Positions 30,637-44,816 of a DNA stretch of 64,000 nt are shown piece after piece; the stretch's first letter is position 1; every line of letters starts with the position of its first letter. Source of the DNA: Eledone cirrhosa (Eukaryota); assembly GCA_964016885.1 (NCBI GenBank), contig OZ024745.1:60264001-60328000 (forward strand). Direction: 5' to 3'. The notes beneath the pieces were generated by a model. It was not told the DNA's origin, searched no databases, and saw only the letters and a list, made by a program, of their open reading frames with translations. The translations under genes and the position numbers were made by a program.

Positions 30637-33600
30637 TCAACTTGGAGTGTAAACTTCAACTTGGAGTGTAAACTGCGACTTGGAGTGTAAACTGCGACTT
30701 GGAGTGTAAACTGCGACTTGGAGTGAAAACCTCGACTTGGAGTGAAAACCTCGACTTGGAGTGAAAACCTCGACTTGGAGTGAGAACCTCGACTTGGAGT
30801 GAGAACCTCGACTTGGAGTGAGAACCTCGACTTGGAGTGAAAACCTCGACTTGGAGTGAAAACCTCGACTTGGAGTGAAAACCTCGACTTGGATTGAGAA
30901 CCTCGACTTGGAGTGTAAACTGCGACTTGGAGTGTAAACTGCGACTTGGAATGTAAACTGCGACTTGGAGTGTAAACTGCGACTTGGAGTGTAAACTGCG
31001 ACTTGGAGTGTAAACTGCGACTTGGAGTGTAAACCTCGACTTGGAGTGTAAACCTCGACTTGGAGTGTAAACTGCAATTTGGAGTGTAAACTGCGACTTG
31101 GAGTGTAAACTGCGACTTGGAGTGTAAACTGCGACTTGGAGTGTAAACTGCGACTTGGAGTGTAAACTGCGACTTGGAGTGTAAACTGCGACTTGGAGTG
31201 TAAACTGCGACTTGGAGTGTAAAATGCGACTTGGAGTGTAATCTGCGGCTTGGAGTGCGGCTTGGAGTGTAAACTGCGACTCCGAATGTAAACTACGACT
31301 TGCAGTGTAATATATGACTCTGAGTGTAAACTACGACTTGGAGTGTAAACTGCGACATGGAGTGTAAACTGCGACATGGAGTATAAACTGCGACTTGGAG
31401 TGTTGACTTCAACTTGGAGTGTTGACTTCAACTTGGAGTGTTGACTTCAACTTGGAGTGTTGACTTCAACTTGGAGTGTTGACTTCAACTTGGAGTGTTG
31501 ACTTCAAGTTAGAGTGTAAACCTCAACTTGGAGTGTAAACTTCAACTTGGAGTGTAAACTTCAACTTGGAGTGTAAACTTCAACTTGGAGTGTAAACTTC
31601 AACTTGGAGTGTAAAGTTCAACTTGGAGTGTAAACTTCAACTTGGAGTGTAAACTTCAACTTGGAGTGTAAACTTCAACTTGGAGTGTAAACTTCAACTT
31701 GGAGTGTAAACTTCAACTTGGAGTGTAAACTTCAACTTGGAGTGTAAACTTCAACTTGGAGTGTAAACTTCAACTTGGAGTGTAAACTGCGACTTGGAGT
31801 GTAAACTGCGACTTGGAGTGTAAACCTCGACTTGGAGTGAGAACCTCGACTTGGAGTGAGAACCTCGACTTGCAGTGAGAACCTCGACTTGCAGTGAAAA
31901 CCTCGACTTGGAGTGAGAACCTCGACTTGGAGTGAGAACCTCGACTTGGAGTGAGAACCTCGACTTGGAGTGAAAACCTCGACTTGGAGTGAAAACCTCG
32001 ACTTGGAGTGTAAACTGCGACTTGGAGTGAAAACCTCGACTTGGAGTGAAAACCTCGACTTGGATTGAGAACCTCGATTTGGATTGAGAACCTCGACTTG
32101 GATTGAGAACATCGACTTGGAGTGTAAACTGCGACTTGGAGTGTAAACTGCGACTTGGAGTGTAAACCTCGACTTGGGGTGTAAACCTCGACTTGGAGTG
32201 TAAACTGCGACTTGGAGTGTAAACTTCAACTTGGAGTGAAAACCTCGACTTGGATTGAGAACCTCGACTTGGATTGAGAACCTCGACTTGGATTGAGAAC
32301 ATCGACTTGGAGTGTAAACTGCGACTTGGAGTGTAAACTGCGACTTGGAGTGTAAACCTCGACTTGGGGTGTAAACCTCGACTTGGAGTGTAAACTGCGA
32401 CTTGGAGTGTAAACTGCGACTTGGAGTGAAAACCTCGACTTGGAGTGAAAACCTCGACTTGGAGTGTAAACTGCGACTTGGAGTGAAAACCTCGACTTGG
32501 AGTGAAAACCTCGACTTGGATTGAGAACCTCGACTTGGATTGAGAACCTCGACTTGGATTGAGAACATCGACTTGGAGTGTAAACTGCGACTTGGAGTGT
32601 AAACTGCGACTTGGAGTGTAAACCTCGACTTGGGGTGTAAACCTCGACTTGGAGTGTAAACTGCGACTTGGAGTGTAAACTTCAACTTGGAGTGTAAACT
32701 TCAACTTGGAGTGTAAACTTCAACTTGGAGTGTAAACTGCGACTTGGAGTGTAAACTGCGACTTGGAGTGTAAACTGCGACTTGGAGTGAAAACCTCGAC
32801 TTGGAGTGAAAACCTCGACTTGGAGTGAAAACCTCGACTTGGAGTGAGAACCTCGACTTGGAGTGAGAACCTCGACTTGGAGTGAGAACCTCGACTTGGA
32901 GTGAAAACCTCGACTTGGAGTGAAAACCTCGACTTGGAGTGAAAACCTCGACTTGGATTGAGAACCTCGACTTGGAGTGTAAACTGCGACTTGGAGTGTA
33001 AACTGCGACTTGGAATGTAAACTGCGACTTGGAGTGTAAACTGCGACTTGGAGTGTAAACTGCGACTTGGAGTGTAAACTGCGACTTGGAGTGTAAACCT
33101 CGACTTGGAGTGTAAACCTCGACTTGGAGTGTAAACTGCAATTTGGAGTGTAAACTGCGACTTGGAGTGTAAACTGCGACTTGGAGTGTAAACTGCGACT
33201 TGGAGTGTAAACTGCGACTTGGAGTGTAAACTGCGACTTGGAGTGTAAACTGCGACTTGGAGTGTAAACTGCGACTTGGAGTGTAAAATGCGACTTGGAG
33301 TGTAATCTGCGGCTTGGAGTGCGGCTTGGAGTGTAAACTGCGACTCCGAATGTAAACTACGACTTGCAGTGTAATATATGACTCTGAGTGTAAACTACGA
33401 CTTGGAGTGTAAACTGCGACATGGAGTGTAAACTGCGACATGGAGTATAAACTGCGACTTGGAGTGTTGACTTCAACTTGGAGTGTTGACTTCAACTTGG
33501 AGTGTTGACTTCAACTTGGAGTGTTGACTTCAACTTGGAGTGTTGACTTCAACTTGGAGTGTTGACTTCAAGTTAGAGTGTAAACCTCAACTTGGAGTGT

Positions 33601-34320
33601 AAACTTCAACTTGGAGTGTAAACTTCAACTTGGAGTGTAAACTTCAACTTGGAGTGTAAACTTCAACTTGGAGTGTAAAGTTCAACTTGGAGTGTAAACT
33701 TCAACTTGGAGTGTAAACTTCAACTTGGAGTGTAAACTTCAACTTGGAGTGTAAACTTCAACTTGGAGTGTAAACTTCAACTTGGAGTGTAAACTTCAAC
33801 TTGGAGTGTAAACTTCAACTTGGAGTGTAAACTTCAACTTGGAGTGTAAACTGCGACTTGGAGTGTAAACTGCGACTTGGAGTGTAAACCTCGACTTGGA
33901 GTGAGAACCTCGACTTGGAGTGAGAACCTCGACTTGCAGTGAGAACCTCGACTTGCAGTGAAAACCTCGACTTGGAGTGAGAACCTCGACTTGGAGTGAG
34001 AACCTCGACTTGGAGTGAGAACCTCGACTTGGAGTGAAAACCTCGACTTGGAGTGAAAACCTCGACTTGGAGTGTAAACTGCGACTTGGAGTGAAAACCT
34101 CGACTTGGAGTGAAAACCTCGACTTGGATTGAGAACCTCGATTTGGATTGAGAACCTCGACTTGGATTGAGAACATCGACTTGGAGTGTAAACTGCGACT
34201 TGGAGTGTAAACTGCGACTTGGAGTGTAAACCTCGACTTGGGGTGTAAACCTCGACTTGGAGTGTAAACTGCGACTTGGAGTGTAAACTTCAACTTGGAG
34301 TGTAAACTTCAACTTGGAGT
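30637..34320. repeat. ~2,064-bp tandem duplication inside the satellite
   Basis: Identical ORF-track translations at 30637/32701, and anchors 31732/33796 at the same offset of 2064. Both copies share the rare CTTGCAGTGAGAACC variant. Confidence 0.85.
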
Positions 34321-37300
34321 GTAAACTTCAACTTGGAGTGTAAACTTCAACTTGGAGTGTAAACTGCGACTTGGTGTGTACAACGTGGAGTGTAAACTGC
34401 GATTTGGAATGTAAATTGCGACTTGGATTGTAAATTCCGACTTGGAGTGTAAACTGCTACTGTGTAATGTTCGACTTGGAATGTAATGTACAACGCGGAA
34501 TGTAATGTACGACTTGGAGTGTAAACGGCGACTTGGTTCTACTTGGAGTGTAAACGGCGACTTGGTTCTACTTGGAGTGTAAACTGCTACTTGTTTCTAC
34601 TTGAAATGTAATGATCTACTTGAAGCGTAATGATCTACTTGGAGTGTAATGTTCTACTTGGTCTGTAAACTGCGACTTGGAGTGTAATGTACGACTCGGA
34701 GTTTAAACTGCGACTTGAAGTGTAAACTGCGACTTGGGGTGTAACCTGCGACTTGGAGTGTAAACTGCGACTTGGAGTGTAAACTGCGACTCGGAGTGTG
34801 AACTACACCTTGGAGCATAATGTACGACTTAGAGTGTAATGTAGGACTAGGAGCATAATGTACGACTTGGAGTGTAATGAAGGACTTGGAGTGTAAACTG
34901 CGACTTGGAGTGTAAACTGCGACATGGAGTATAAACTGCGACTTGGAGTGTTGACTTCAACTTGGAGTGTTGACTTCAACTTGGAGTGTTGACTTCAACT
35001 TGGAGTGTTGGCTTCAACTTGGAGTGTTGACTTCAACTTGGAGTGTTGACTTCAACTTGGAGTGTTGACTTCAACTTGGAGTGTTGACTTCAACTTGGAG
35101 TGTTGACTTCAACTTGGAGTGTAGACTTCAACTTGGAGTGTTGACTTCAACTTGGAGTGTTGACTTCAACTTGGAGTGTAGACTTCAACTTGGAGTGTAG
35201 ACTTCAACTTGGAGTGTAGACTTCAACTTGGAGTGTAAACTTCAACTTGGAGTGTAAACTTCAACTTGGAGTGTAAACTTCAACTTGGAGTGTAAACTTC
35301 AACTTGGAGTGTAAACTTCAACTTGGAGTGTAAACTTCAACTTGGAGTGTAAACTTCAACTTGGAGTGTAAACTTCAACTTGGAGTGTAAACTGCGACTT
35401 GGTGTGTACAACGTGGAGTGTAAACTGCGATTTGGAATGTAAATTGCGACTTGGATTGTAAATTCCGACTTGGAGTGTAAACTGCTACTTGGAGTTTAAA
35501 CTGCTACTGTGTAATGTTCGACTTGGAATGTAATGTACAACGTGGAATGTAATGTACGACTTGGAGTGTAAACGGCGACTTGGTTCTACTTGGAGTGTAA
35601 ACGGCGACTTGGTTCTACTTGGAGTGTAAACTGCTACTTGGTTCTACTTGAAGCGTAATGATCTACTTGAAGCGTAATGATCTACTTGGAGTGTAATGTT
35701 CTACTTGGTCTGTAAACTGCGACTTGGAGTGTAATGTACGACTCGGAGTTTAAACTGCGACTTGAAGTGTAAACTGCGACTTGGAGTGTAAACTGCGACT
35801 CGGAGTGTGAACTACAACTTGGAGCATAATGTACGACTTAGAGTGTAATGTAGGACTAGGAGCATAATGTACGACTTGGAGTGTAATGTAGGACTTGGAG
35901 TGTAAACTGCGACTTGGAGTGTAATGTAGGACTTGGAGTGTAAACTGCGACTTGGAATATAAATTGCGACTTGGATTGTAAACCTTGACTTGCAGTGTAT
36001 TGAACAACTTGGGGTGTATACTGCGGCTTGGAGTGTAAACTGCGACTCCGAATGTAAACTACGACTTGCAGTGTAATATATGACTCTGAGTGTAAACTAC
36101 GACTTGGAGTGTAAACTGCGACATGGAGTGTAAACTGCGACATGGAGTATAAACTGCGACTTGGAGTGTTGACTTCAACTTGGAGTGTTGACTTCAACTT
36201 GGAGTGTTGACTTCAACTTGGAGTGTTGACTTCAACTTGGAGTGTTGACTTCAACTTGGAGTGTTGACTTCAACTTGGAGTGTAGACTTCAACTTGGAGT
36301 GTAAACTTCAACTTGGAGTGTAAACTTCAACTTGGAGTGTAAACTTCAACTCGGAGTGTAAACTTCAACTTGGAGTCTAAACTTCAACTTGGAGTGTAAA
36401 CTGCGACTTGGAGTGTAAACTGCGACTTGGAGTGTAAACTGCTACTTGGAGTGTAAACTGCGACTTGCAGTGTAAACCTCGACTTGGAGTGAGAACCTCG
36501 ACTTGGAGTGAAAACCTCGACTTGGAGTGAAAACCTCGTCTTGGAGTGAAAACCTCGACTTGGAGTGAGAACCTCGACTTGGAGTGAGAACCTCGACTTG
36601 GAGTGAGAACCTCGACTTGGAGTGAGAACCTCGACTTGGAGTGAGAACCTCGACTTGGAGTGAGAACCTCGACTTGAAGTGAGAACCTCGACTTGGAGTG
36701 AAAACCTCGACATGGAGTGAAAACCTCGACTTGGAGTGAAAACCTCGACTTGGAGTGTAAACTGCGACTTGGAGTGTAAACTGCGACTTGGAGTGTAAAC
36801 TGCGACTTGGAGTGTAAACTGCGACTCGGATTGTGAACTACAACTTGGAGCATAATGTACGACTTAGAGTGCAATGTAGGACTAGGAGCATAATGTACGA
36901 CTTGGAGTGTAATGTAGGACTTGGAGTGTAAACTGCGACTTGGAGTGTAATGTAGGACTTGGAGTGTAAACTGCGACTTGGAATATAAATTGCGACTTGG
37001 ATTGTAAACCTTGACTTGCAGTGTATTGAACAACTTGGGGTGTATACTGCGGCTTGGAGTGTAAACTGCGACTCCGAATGTAACCTACGACTTGCAGTGT
37101 AATATATGACTCTGAGTGTAAACTGCGACATGGAGTGTAAACTGCGACATGGAGTATAAACTGCGACTTGGAGTGTTGACTTCAACTTGGAGTGTTGACT
37201 TCAACTTGGAGTGTTGACTTCAACTTGGAGTGTTGACTTCAACTTGGAGTGTTGACTTCAACTTGGAGTGTTGACTTCAACTTGGAGTGTAGACTTCAAC

Positions 37301-40300
37301 TTGGAGTGTAAACTTCAACTTGGAGTGTAAACTTCAACTTGGAGTGTAAACTTCAACTTGGAGTGTAAACTTCAACTCGGAGTGTAAACTTCAACTTGGA
37401 GTCTAAACTTCAACTTGGAGTGTAAACTGCGACTTGGAGTGTAAACTGCGACTTGGAGTGTAAACTGCGACTTGGAGTGTAAACTGCGACTTGCAGTGTA
37501 AACCTCGACTTGGAGTGAGAACCTCGACTTGGAGTGAAAACCTCGACTTGGAGTGAAAACCTCGACTTGGAGTGAGAACCTCGACTTGGAGTGAGAACCT
37601 CGACTTGGAGTGAGAACCTCGACTTGGAGTGAGAACCTCGACTTGGAGTGAGAACCTCGACTTGAAGTGAGAACCTCGACTTGGAGTGAAAACCTCGACA
37701 TGGAGTGAAAACCTCGACTTGGAGTGAAAACCTCGACTTGGAGTGTAAACTGCGACTTGGAGTGTAAACTGCGACTTGGAGTGTAAACTGCGACTTGGAG
37801 TGTAAACTGCGACTCGGATTGTGAACTACAACTTGGAGCATAATGTACGACTTAGAGTGCAATGTAGGACTAGGAGCATAATGTACGACTTGGAGTGTAA
37901 TGTAGGACTTGGAGTGTAAACTGCGACTTGGAGTGTAATGTAGGACTTGGAGTGTAATGTAGGACTTGGAGTGTAAACTGCGACCTGGAATATAAATTGC
38001 GACTTGGATTGTAAACCTTGACTTGCAGTGTATTGAACATTTGGGGTGTATACTGCGGCTTGGAGTGTAAACTGCGACTCCGAATGTAAACTACGACTTG
38101 CAGTGTAATATATGACTCTGAGTGTAAACTACGACTTGGAGTGTAAACTGCGACATGGAGTGTAAACTGCGACATGGAGTATAAACTGCGACTTGGAGTG
38201 TTGACTTCAACTTGGAGTGTTGACTTCAACTTGGAGTGTTGACTTCAACTTGGAGTGTTGACTTCAACTTGGAGTGTTGACTTCAACTTAGAGTGTAAAC
38301 CTCAACTTGGAGTGTAAACTTCAACTTGGAGTGTAAACTTCAACTTGGAGTGTAAACTTCAACTTGGAGTGTAAACTTCAACTTGGAGTGTAAAGTTCAA
38401 CTTGGAGTGTAAACTTCAACTTGGAGTGTAAACTTCAACTTGGAGTGTAAAGTTCAACTTGGAGTGTAAACTTCAACTTGGAGTGTAAACTTCAACTTGG
38501 AGTGTAAACTTCAACTTGGAGTGTAAACTTCAACTTGGAGTGTAAACTTCAACTTGGAGTGTAAACTTCAACTTGGAGTGTAAACTTCAACTTGGAGTGT
38601 AAACTTCAACTTGGAGTGTAAACTGCGACTTGGAGTGTAAACTGCGACTTGGAGTGTAAACCTCGACTTGGAGTGAGAACCTCGACTTGGAGTGAGAACC
38701 TCGACTTGGAGTGAAAACCTCGACTTGGAGTGAGAACCTCGACTTGGAGTGAGAACCTCGACTTGGAGTGAGAACCTCGACTTGGAGTGAAAACCTCGAC
38801 TTGGAGTGAAAACCTCGACTTGGAGTGAGAACCTCGACTTGGAGTGAAAACCTCGACTTGGAGTGAAAACCTCGACTTGGAGTGTAAACTGCGACTTGGA
38901 GTGAAAACCTCGACTTGGAGTGAAAACCTCGACTTGGATTGAGAACCTCGACTTGGATTGAGAACCTCGACTTGGATTGAGAACATCGACTTGGAGTGTA
39001 AACTGCGACTTGGAGTGTAAACTGCGACTTGGAGTGTAAACCTCGACTTGGGGTGTAAACCTCGACTTGGAGTGTAAACTGCGACTTGGAGTGTAAACTT
39101 CAACTTGGAGTGTAAACTTCAACTTGGAGTGTAAACTTCAACTTGGAGTGTAAACTTCAACTTGGAGTGTAAACTTCAACTTGGAGTGTAAACTGCGACT
39201 TGGAGTGTAAACTTCAACTTGGAGTGTAAACTGCGACTTGGTGTGTACAACTTGGAGTGTAAACTGCGATTTGGAATGTAAATTGCGACTTGGATTGTAA
39301 ATTCCGACTTGGAGTGTAAACTGCTACTTGGAGTGTAAACTGCTACTGTGTAATGTTCGACTTGGAATGTAATGTACAACGTGGAATGTAATGTACGACT
39401 TGGAGTGTAAACGGCGACTTGGTTCTACTTGGAGTGTAAACGGCGACTTGGTTCTACTTGGAGTGTAAACTGCTACTTGGTTCTACTTGAAGTGTAATGA
39501 TCTACTTGAAGCGTAATGATCTACTTGGAGTGTAATGTTCTACTTGGTCTGTAAACTGCGACTTGGAGTGTAATGTACGACTCGAAGTTTAAACTGCGAC
39601 TTGAAGTGTAAACTGCGACTTGGGGTGTAAACTGCGACTCGGAGTGTGAACTACAACTTGGAGCATAATGTACGACTTAGAGTGTAATGTAGGACTAGGA
39701 GCATAATGTACGACTTGGAGTGTAATGTAGGACTTGGAATGTAAACTGCGACTTGGAGTGTAATGTAGGACTTGGAGTGTAAACTGCGACCTGGAATATA
39801 AATTTCGACTTCGATTGTAAACCTTGACTTGCAGTGTATTGAACAACTTGGGGTGTATACTGCGGCTTGGAGTGTAAACTGCGACTCCGAATGTAAACTA
39901 CGACTTGCAGTGTAATATATGACTCTGAGTGTAAACTACGACTTGGAGTGTAAACTGCGACATGGAGTGTAAACTGCGACATGGAGTATAAACTGCGACT
40001 TGGAGTGTTGACTTCAACTTGGAGTGTTGACTTCAACTTGGAGTGTTGATTTCAACTTGGAGTGTTGACTTCAACTTGGAGTGTTGACTTCAACTTAGAG
40101 TGTAAACTTCAACTTGGAGTGTAAACTTCAACTTGGAGTGTAAACTTCAACTTGGAGTGTAAACTTCAACTTGGAGTGTAAACTTCAACTTGGAGTGTAA
40201 ACTTCAACTTGGAGTGTAAACTTCAACTTGGAGTGTAAACTTCAACTTGGAGTGTAAACTTCAACTTGGAGTGTAAACCTCGACTTGGAGTGAGAACCTC

Positions 40301-43300
40301 GACTTGGAGTGAGAACCTCGACTTGGAGTGAAAACCTCGACTTGGAGTGAAAACCTCGACTTGGAGTGTAAACTGCGCCTTGGAGTGAAAACCTCGACTT
40401 GGAGTGAAAACCTCGACTTGGATTGAGAACCTCGACTTGGATTGAGAACCTCGACTTGGATTGAGAACATCGACTTGGAGTGTAAACTGCGACTTGGAGT
40501 GTAAACCGCGACTTGGAGTGTAAACCTCGACTTGGGGTGTAAACCTCGACTTGGAGTGTAAACTGCGACTTGGAGTGTAAACTTCAACTTGGAGTGTAAA
40601 CTTCAACTTGGAGTGTAAACTTCAACTTGGAGTGTAAACTTCAACTTGGAGTTTAAACTTCAACTTGGAGTGTAAACTGCGACTTGGAGTGTAAACTTCA
40701 ACTTGGAGTGTAAACTGCGACTTGGTGTGTACAACGTGGAGTGTAAACTGCGATTTGGAATGTAAATTGCGACTTGGATTGTAAATTCCGACTTGGAGTG
40801 TAAACTGCTACTTGGAGTTTAAACTGCTACTGTGTAATGTTCGACTTGGAATGTAATGTACAACGTGCAATGTAGTGTACGACTTGGAGTGTAAACGGCG
40901 ACTTGGTTCTACTTTGAGTGTAAACGGCGACTTGGTTCTACTTGGAGTGTAAACTGCTACTTGGTTCTACTTGAAGTGTAATGATCTACTTGAAGCGTAA
41001 TGATCTACTTGGAGTGTAATGTTCTACTTGGTCTGTAAACTGCGACTTGGAGTGTAATGTACGACTCGGAGTTTAAACTGCGTCTTGAAGTGTAAACTGC
41101 GACTTGGAGTGTAAACTGCGACTTGGAGTGTAAACTGCGACTTGGAGTGTAAACTGCGACTCGGAGTGTGAACTACAACTTGGAGCATAATGTACGACTT
41201 AGAGTGTAATGTAGGACTAGGAGCATAATGTACGACTTGGAGTGTAATGAAGGACTTGGAGTGTAAACTGCGACTTGGAGTGTAAACTGCGACATGGAGT
41301 ATAAACTGCGACTTGGAGTGTTGACTTCAACTTGGAGTGTTGACTTCAACTTGGAGTGTTGACTTCAACTTGGAGTGTTGACTTCAACTTGGAGTGTTGA
41401 CTTCAACTTGGAGTGTTGACTTCAACTTGGAGTGTTGACTTCAACTTGGAGTGTTGACTTCAACTTGGAGTGTTGACTTCAACTTGGAGTGTAGACTTCA
41501 ACTTGGAGTGTTGACTTCAACTTGGAGTGTAGACTTCAACTTGGAGTGTAGACTTCAACTTGGAGTGTATACTTCAACTTGGAGTGTAAACTTCAACTTG
41601 GAGTGTAAACTTCAACTTGGAGTGTAAACTTCAACTTGGAGTGTAAACCTCGACTTGGGGTGTAAACCTCGACTTGGAGTGTAAACTGCGACTTGGAGTG
41701 TAAACTTCAACTTGGAGTGTAAACTTCAACTTGGAGTGTAAACTTCAACTTGGAGTGTAAACTTCAACTTGGAGTTTAAACTTCAACTTGGAGTGTAAAC
41801 TGCGACTTGGAGTGTAAACTTCAACTTGGAGTGTAAACTTCAACTTGGAGTGTAAACTTCAACTTGGAGTGTAAACTTCAACTTGGAGTGTAAACTTCAA
41901 CTTGGAGTGTAAACTGCGACTTGGTGTGTACAACGTGGAGTGTAAACTGCGATTTGGAATGTAAATTGCGACTTGGATTGTAAATTCCGACTTGGAGTGT
42001 AAACTGCTACTTGGAGTTTAAACTGCTACTGTGTAATGTTCGACTTGGAATGTAATGTACAACGTGGAATGTAATGTACGACTTGGAGTGTAAACGGCGA
42101 CTTGGTTCTACTTAGAGTGTAAACGGCGACTTGGTTCTACTTGGAGTGTAAACTGCTACTTGGTTCTACTTGAAGTGTAATGATCTACTTGAAGCGTAAT
42201 GATCTACTTGGAGTGTAATGTTCTACTCGGTCTGTAAACTGCGACTTGGAGTGTAATGTACGACTCGGAGTTTAAACTGCGACTTGAAGTGTAAACTGCG
42301 ACTTGGAGTGTAAACTGCGACTTGGAGTGTAAACTGCGACTTGGAGTGTAAACTGCGACTCGGAGTGTGAACTACAACTTGGAGCATAATGTACGACTTA
42401 GAGTGTAATGTAGGACTAGGAGCATAATGTACGACTTGGAGTGTAATGTAGGACTTGGAGTGTAAACTGCGACTTGGAGTGTAATGTAGGACTTGGAGTG
42501 TAAACTGCGACTTGGAATATAAATTGCGACTTGGATTGTAAACCTTGACTTGCAGTGTATTGAACAACTTGGGGTGTATACTGCGGCTTGGAGTGTAAAC
42601 TGCGACTCCGAATGTAACCTACGACTTGCAGTGTAATATATGACTCTGAGTGTAAACTGCGACATGGAGTGTAAACTGCGACATGGAGTATAAACTGCGA
42701 CTTGGAGTGTTGACTTCAACTTGGAGTGTTGACTTCAACTTGGAGTGTTGACTTCAACTTGGAGTGTTGACTTCAACTTGGAGTGTTGACTTCAACTTGG
42801 AGTGTTGACTTCAACTTGGAGTGTTGACTTCAACTTGGAGTGTAAACTTCAACTTGGAGTGTAAACTTCAACTTGGAGTGTAAACTTCAACTTGGAGTGT
42901 AAACTTCAACTTGAGGTGTAAACTTCAACTTGGAGTGTAAACTTCAACTTGGAGTGTAAACTTCAACTTGGAGTGTAAACTTCAACTTGGAGTGTAAACT
43001 TCAACTTGGAGTGTAAACTTCAACTTGGAGTGTAAACTTCAACTTGGAGTGTGAACTTCAACTTGGAGCGTGAACTTCAACTTGGAGCGTAAACTTCAAC
43101 TTGGAGTGTAAACTTCAACTTGGAGTGTAAACTTCAACTTGGAGTGTAAACTTCAACTTGGAGTGTAAACTTCAACTTGGAGTGTAAACTTCAACTTGGA
43201 GTGTAAACTTCAACATGGAGTGTAAACTTCAACATGGAGTGTAAACTTCAACTTGGAGTGTAAACTTCAACTTGGAGTGTAAACTTCAACTTGGAGTGTA

Positions 43301-44374
43301 AACTGCGACTTGGAGTGTAAACTGCGACTTGGAGTGTAAACTGCGACTTGGAGTGTAAACTGCGACTTGGAGTGTAAACTGCGACTTGGAATGTAATGTA
43401 AGACTTGGGGTGTAAAATGCGACTTGGAGTGTAATCTGCGGCTTGGAGTGTAATCTGCGGCTTGGAGTGTAATCTGCGGCTTGGAGTGTAATCTGCGGCT
43501 TGGAGTATAATGTACAACTTGGAGCATAATGTACGACTTAGAGTGTAATGTAGGACTAGGAGCATAATGTACGACTTGGAGTGTAATGTAGGACTTGGAG
43601 TGTAAACTGCGACTTGGAATATAAATTGCGATTTGGATTGTAAACCCTGACTTGCAGTGTATTGAACAACTTGGGGTGTATACTGCGGCTTGGAGTGTAA
43701 ACTGCGACTCCGAATGTAAACTACGACTTGCAGTGTAATATATGACTCTGAGTGTAAACTACGACTTGGAGTGTAAACTGCGACATGGAGTGTAAACTGC
43801 GACATGGAGTATAAACTGCGACTTGGAGTGTTGACTTCAACTTGGAGTGTTGACTTCAACTTGGAGTGTTGACTTCAACTTGGAGTGTTGACTTCAACTT
43901 GGAGTGTTGACTTCAACTTGGAGTGTTGACTTCAACTTGGAGTGTTGACTTCAACTTGGAGTGTAGACTTCAACTTGGAGTGTAGACTTCAACTTGGAGT
44001 GTAGACTTCAACTTGGAGTGTAGACTTCAACCTGGAGTGTAGACTTCAACTTGGAGTGTAAACTTCAACTTGGAGTGTAAACTTCAACTTGGAGTGTAAA
44101 CTTCAACTTGGAGTGTAAACTTCAACTTCGAGTGTAAACTTCAACTTCGAGTGTAATGTGTGTGAACAGATATTTTTTTGTTGTTGTCTTTATAAGTATG
44201 TAATAAATATCTAGTTTTCTGTTTCTTAGAAAATAACAGCCAAATTATCGATTTTGAGAAATCAATCACTTAATTTCTCATGCCCTGAAGCTGTTTACCT
44301 TTCTGAGGTACAGACGCAGATAGAAATAAAAATAAGGAAAACAAGGAAAACCTCGATAACGGTATATTTTCACC

Positions 44375-44485
44375 AATCCTGCCGAGGTTATCTTTGCCTT
44401 TCATCCTTACGGGGTCGATAAAATAAAGTACCAGTAATGCACTGGGATAATTGCTGGCCTTGTGACAAAAGTAGAAACAATTATT
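44375..44485 (+). mobile_element. 5'-truncated tRNA-derived SINE (family A)
   Basis: GCCGAGGT...GCCTTTCATCCTTACGGGGTCGATAAAATAAAGTACCAGTAATGCACTGGG...GGCCTTGTG...GTAGAAACAATTATT. The same core and tail occur in five other copies in this window. Confidence 0.8.
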
Positions 44486-44492
44486 ATAAGAT

Positions 44493-44816
44493 GTGTGAAG
44501 GCTCGTGACTTTGTGGTTGGGGTATTCGGCTTACAATCATAAGGTCGAGTTCGATTCCCGGCGGCGCGTTGTGTCCTTGAGCAAGACACTTTATTTCACG
44601 CTGCTCTAGTCAACTCAGCTGTCAAAAATGAGTTGTACCTGTAATTCGAAAGCCAGCCTTTTCACATGCTGTGTCATGCTGAATCTCCCTGAGAATTACG
44701 TTAAGGGCACGTGTATCTGCGGAAGGCTCAGTCACTTGCACGTTAATTTCACGAGCAGGCTGTTCCGTTGGTCGTATCAACTGCAACACTCGTCGTCATA
44801 ACCGACGGAATGCCGG
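44493..44816 (+). mobile_element. Full-length tRNA-derived CORE-type SINE (family B) with 12-bp target-site duplication
   Basis: B-box GAGTTCGATTCCC, followed by CORE-like TGTGTCCTTGAGCAAGACACTT. Flanked by the direct repeat TTATTATAAGAT at 44481-44492 and 44817-44828. Confidence 0.8.

Larger units (their letters stand above)
1..44157. repeat. 19-bp tandem satellite array with nested higher-order structure (continues off the left edge)
   Basis: Near-invariant ACTTGGAGTG every 19 bp, followed by a variable 9-mer (TAAACTGCG, TAAACTTCA, TTGACTTCA, TAAACCTCG, AGAACCTCG, AAAACCTCG, TAATGTAGG and others). The landmark GTGTATTGAACAACTTGGGGTGTATACTGC recurs roughly every 1-2.3 kb over most of the array. 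The array ends abruptly at ~44157. Confidence 0.99.

Noticed and set aside
233-43859. Dozens of minus-strand ORFs with TPSRSLHSKSQFTLQVAVY-type repeats
   Set aside because: A 19-bp period read through three frames gives a 19-aa repeat. The same peptide appears in overlapping frames with alternative starts, so these are satellite translation artefacts.
1-44157. CRISPR-like constant-plus-variable pattern
   Set aside because: The variable parts are 9-nt variants of one monomer rather than unique spacers. There are no cas genes and the context is eukaryotic.
1-44157. Telomeric-repeat origin of TTGGAG/TTAGAG
   Set aside because: There are no tandem TTAGGG-type hexamers and the period is 19 bp.
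44493-44570. tRNA gene
   Set aside because: It has a B-box but no complete cloverleaf, and it continues into a SINE core with a TSD.
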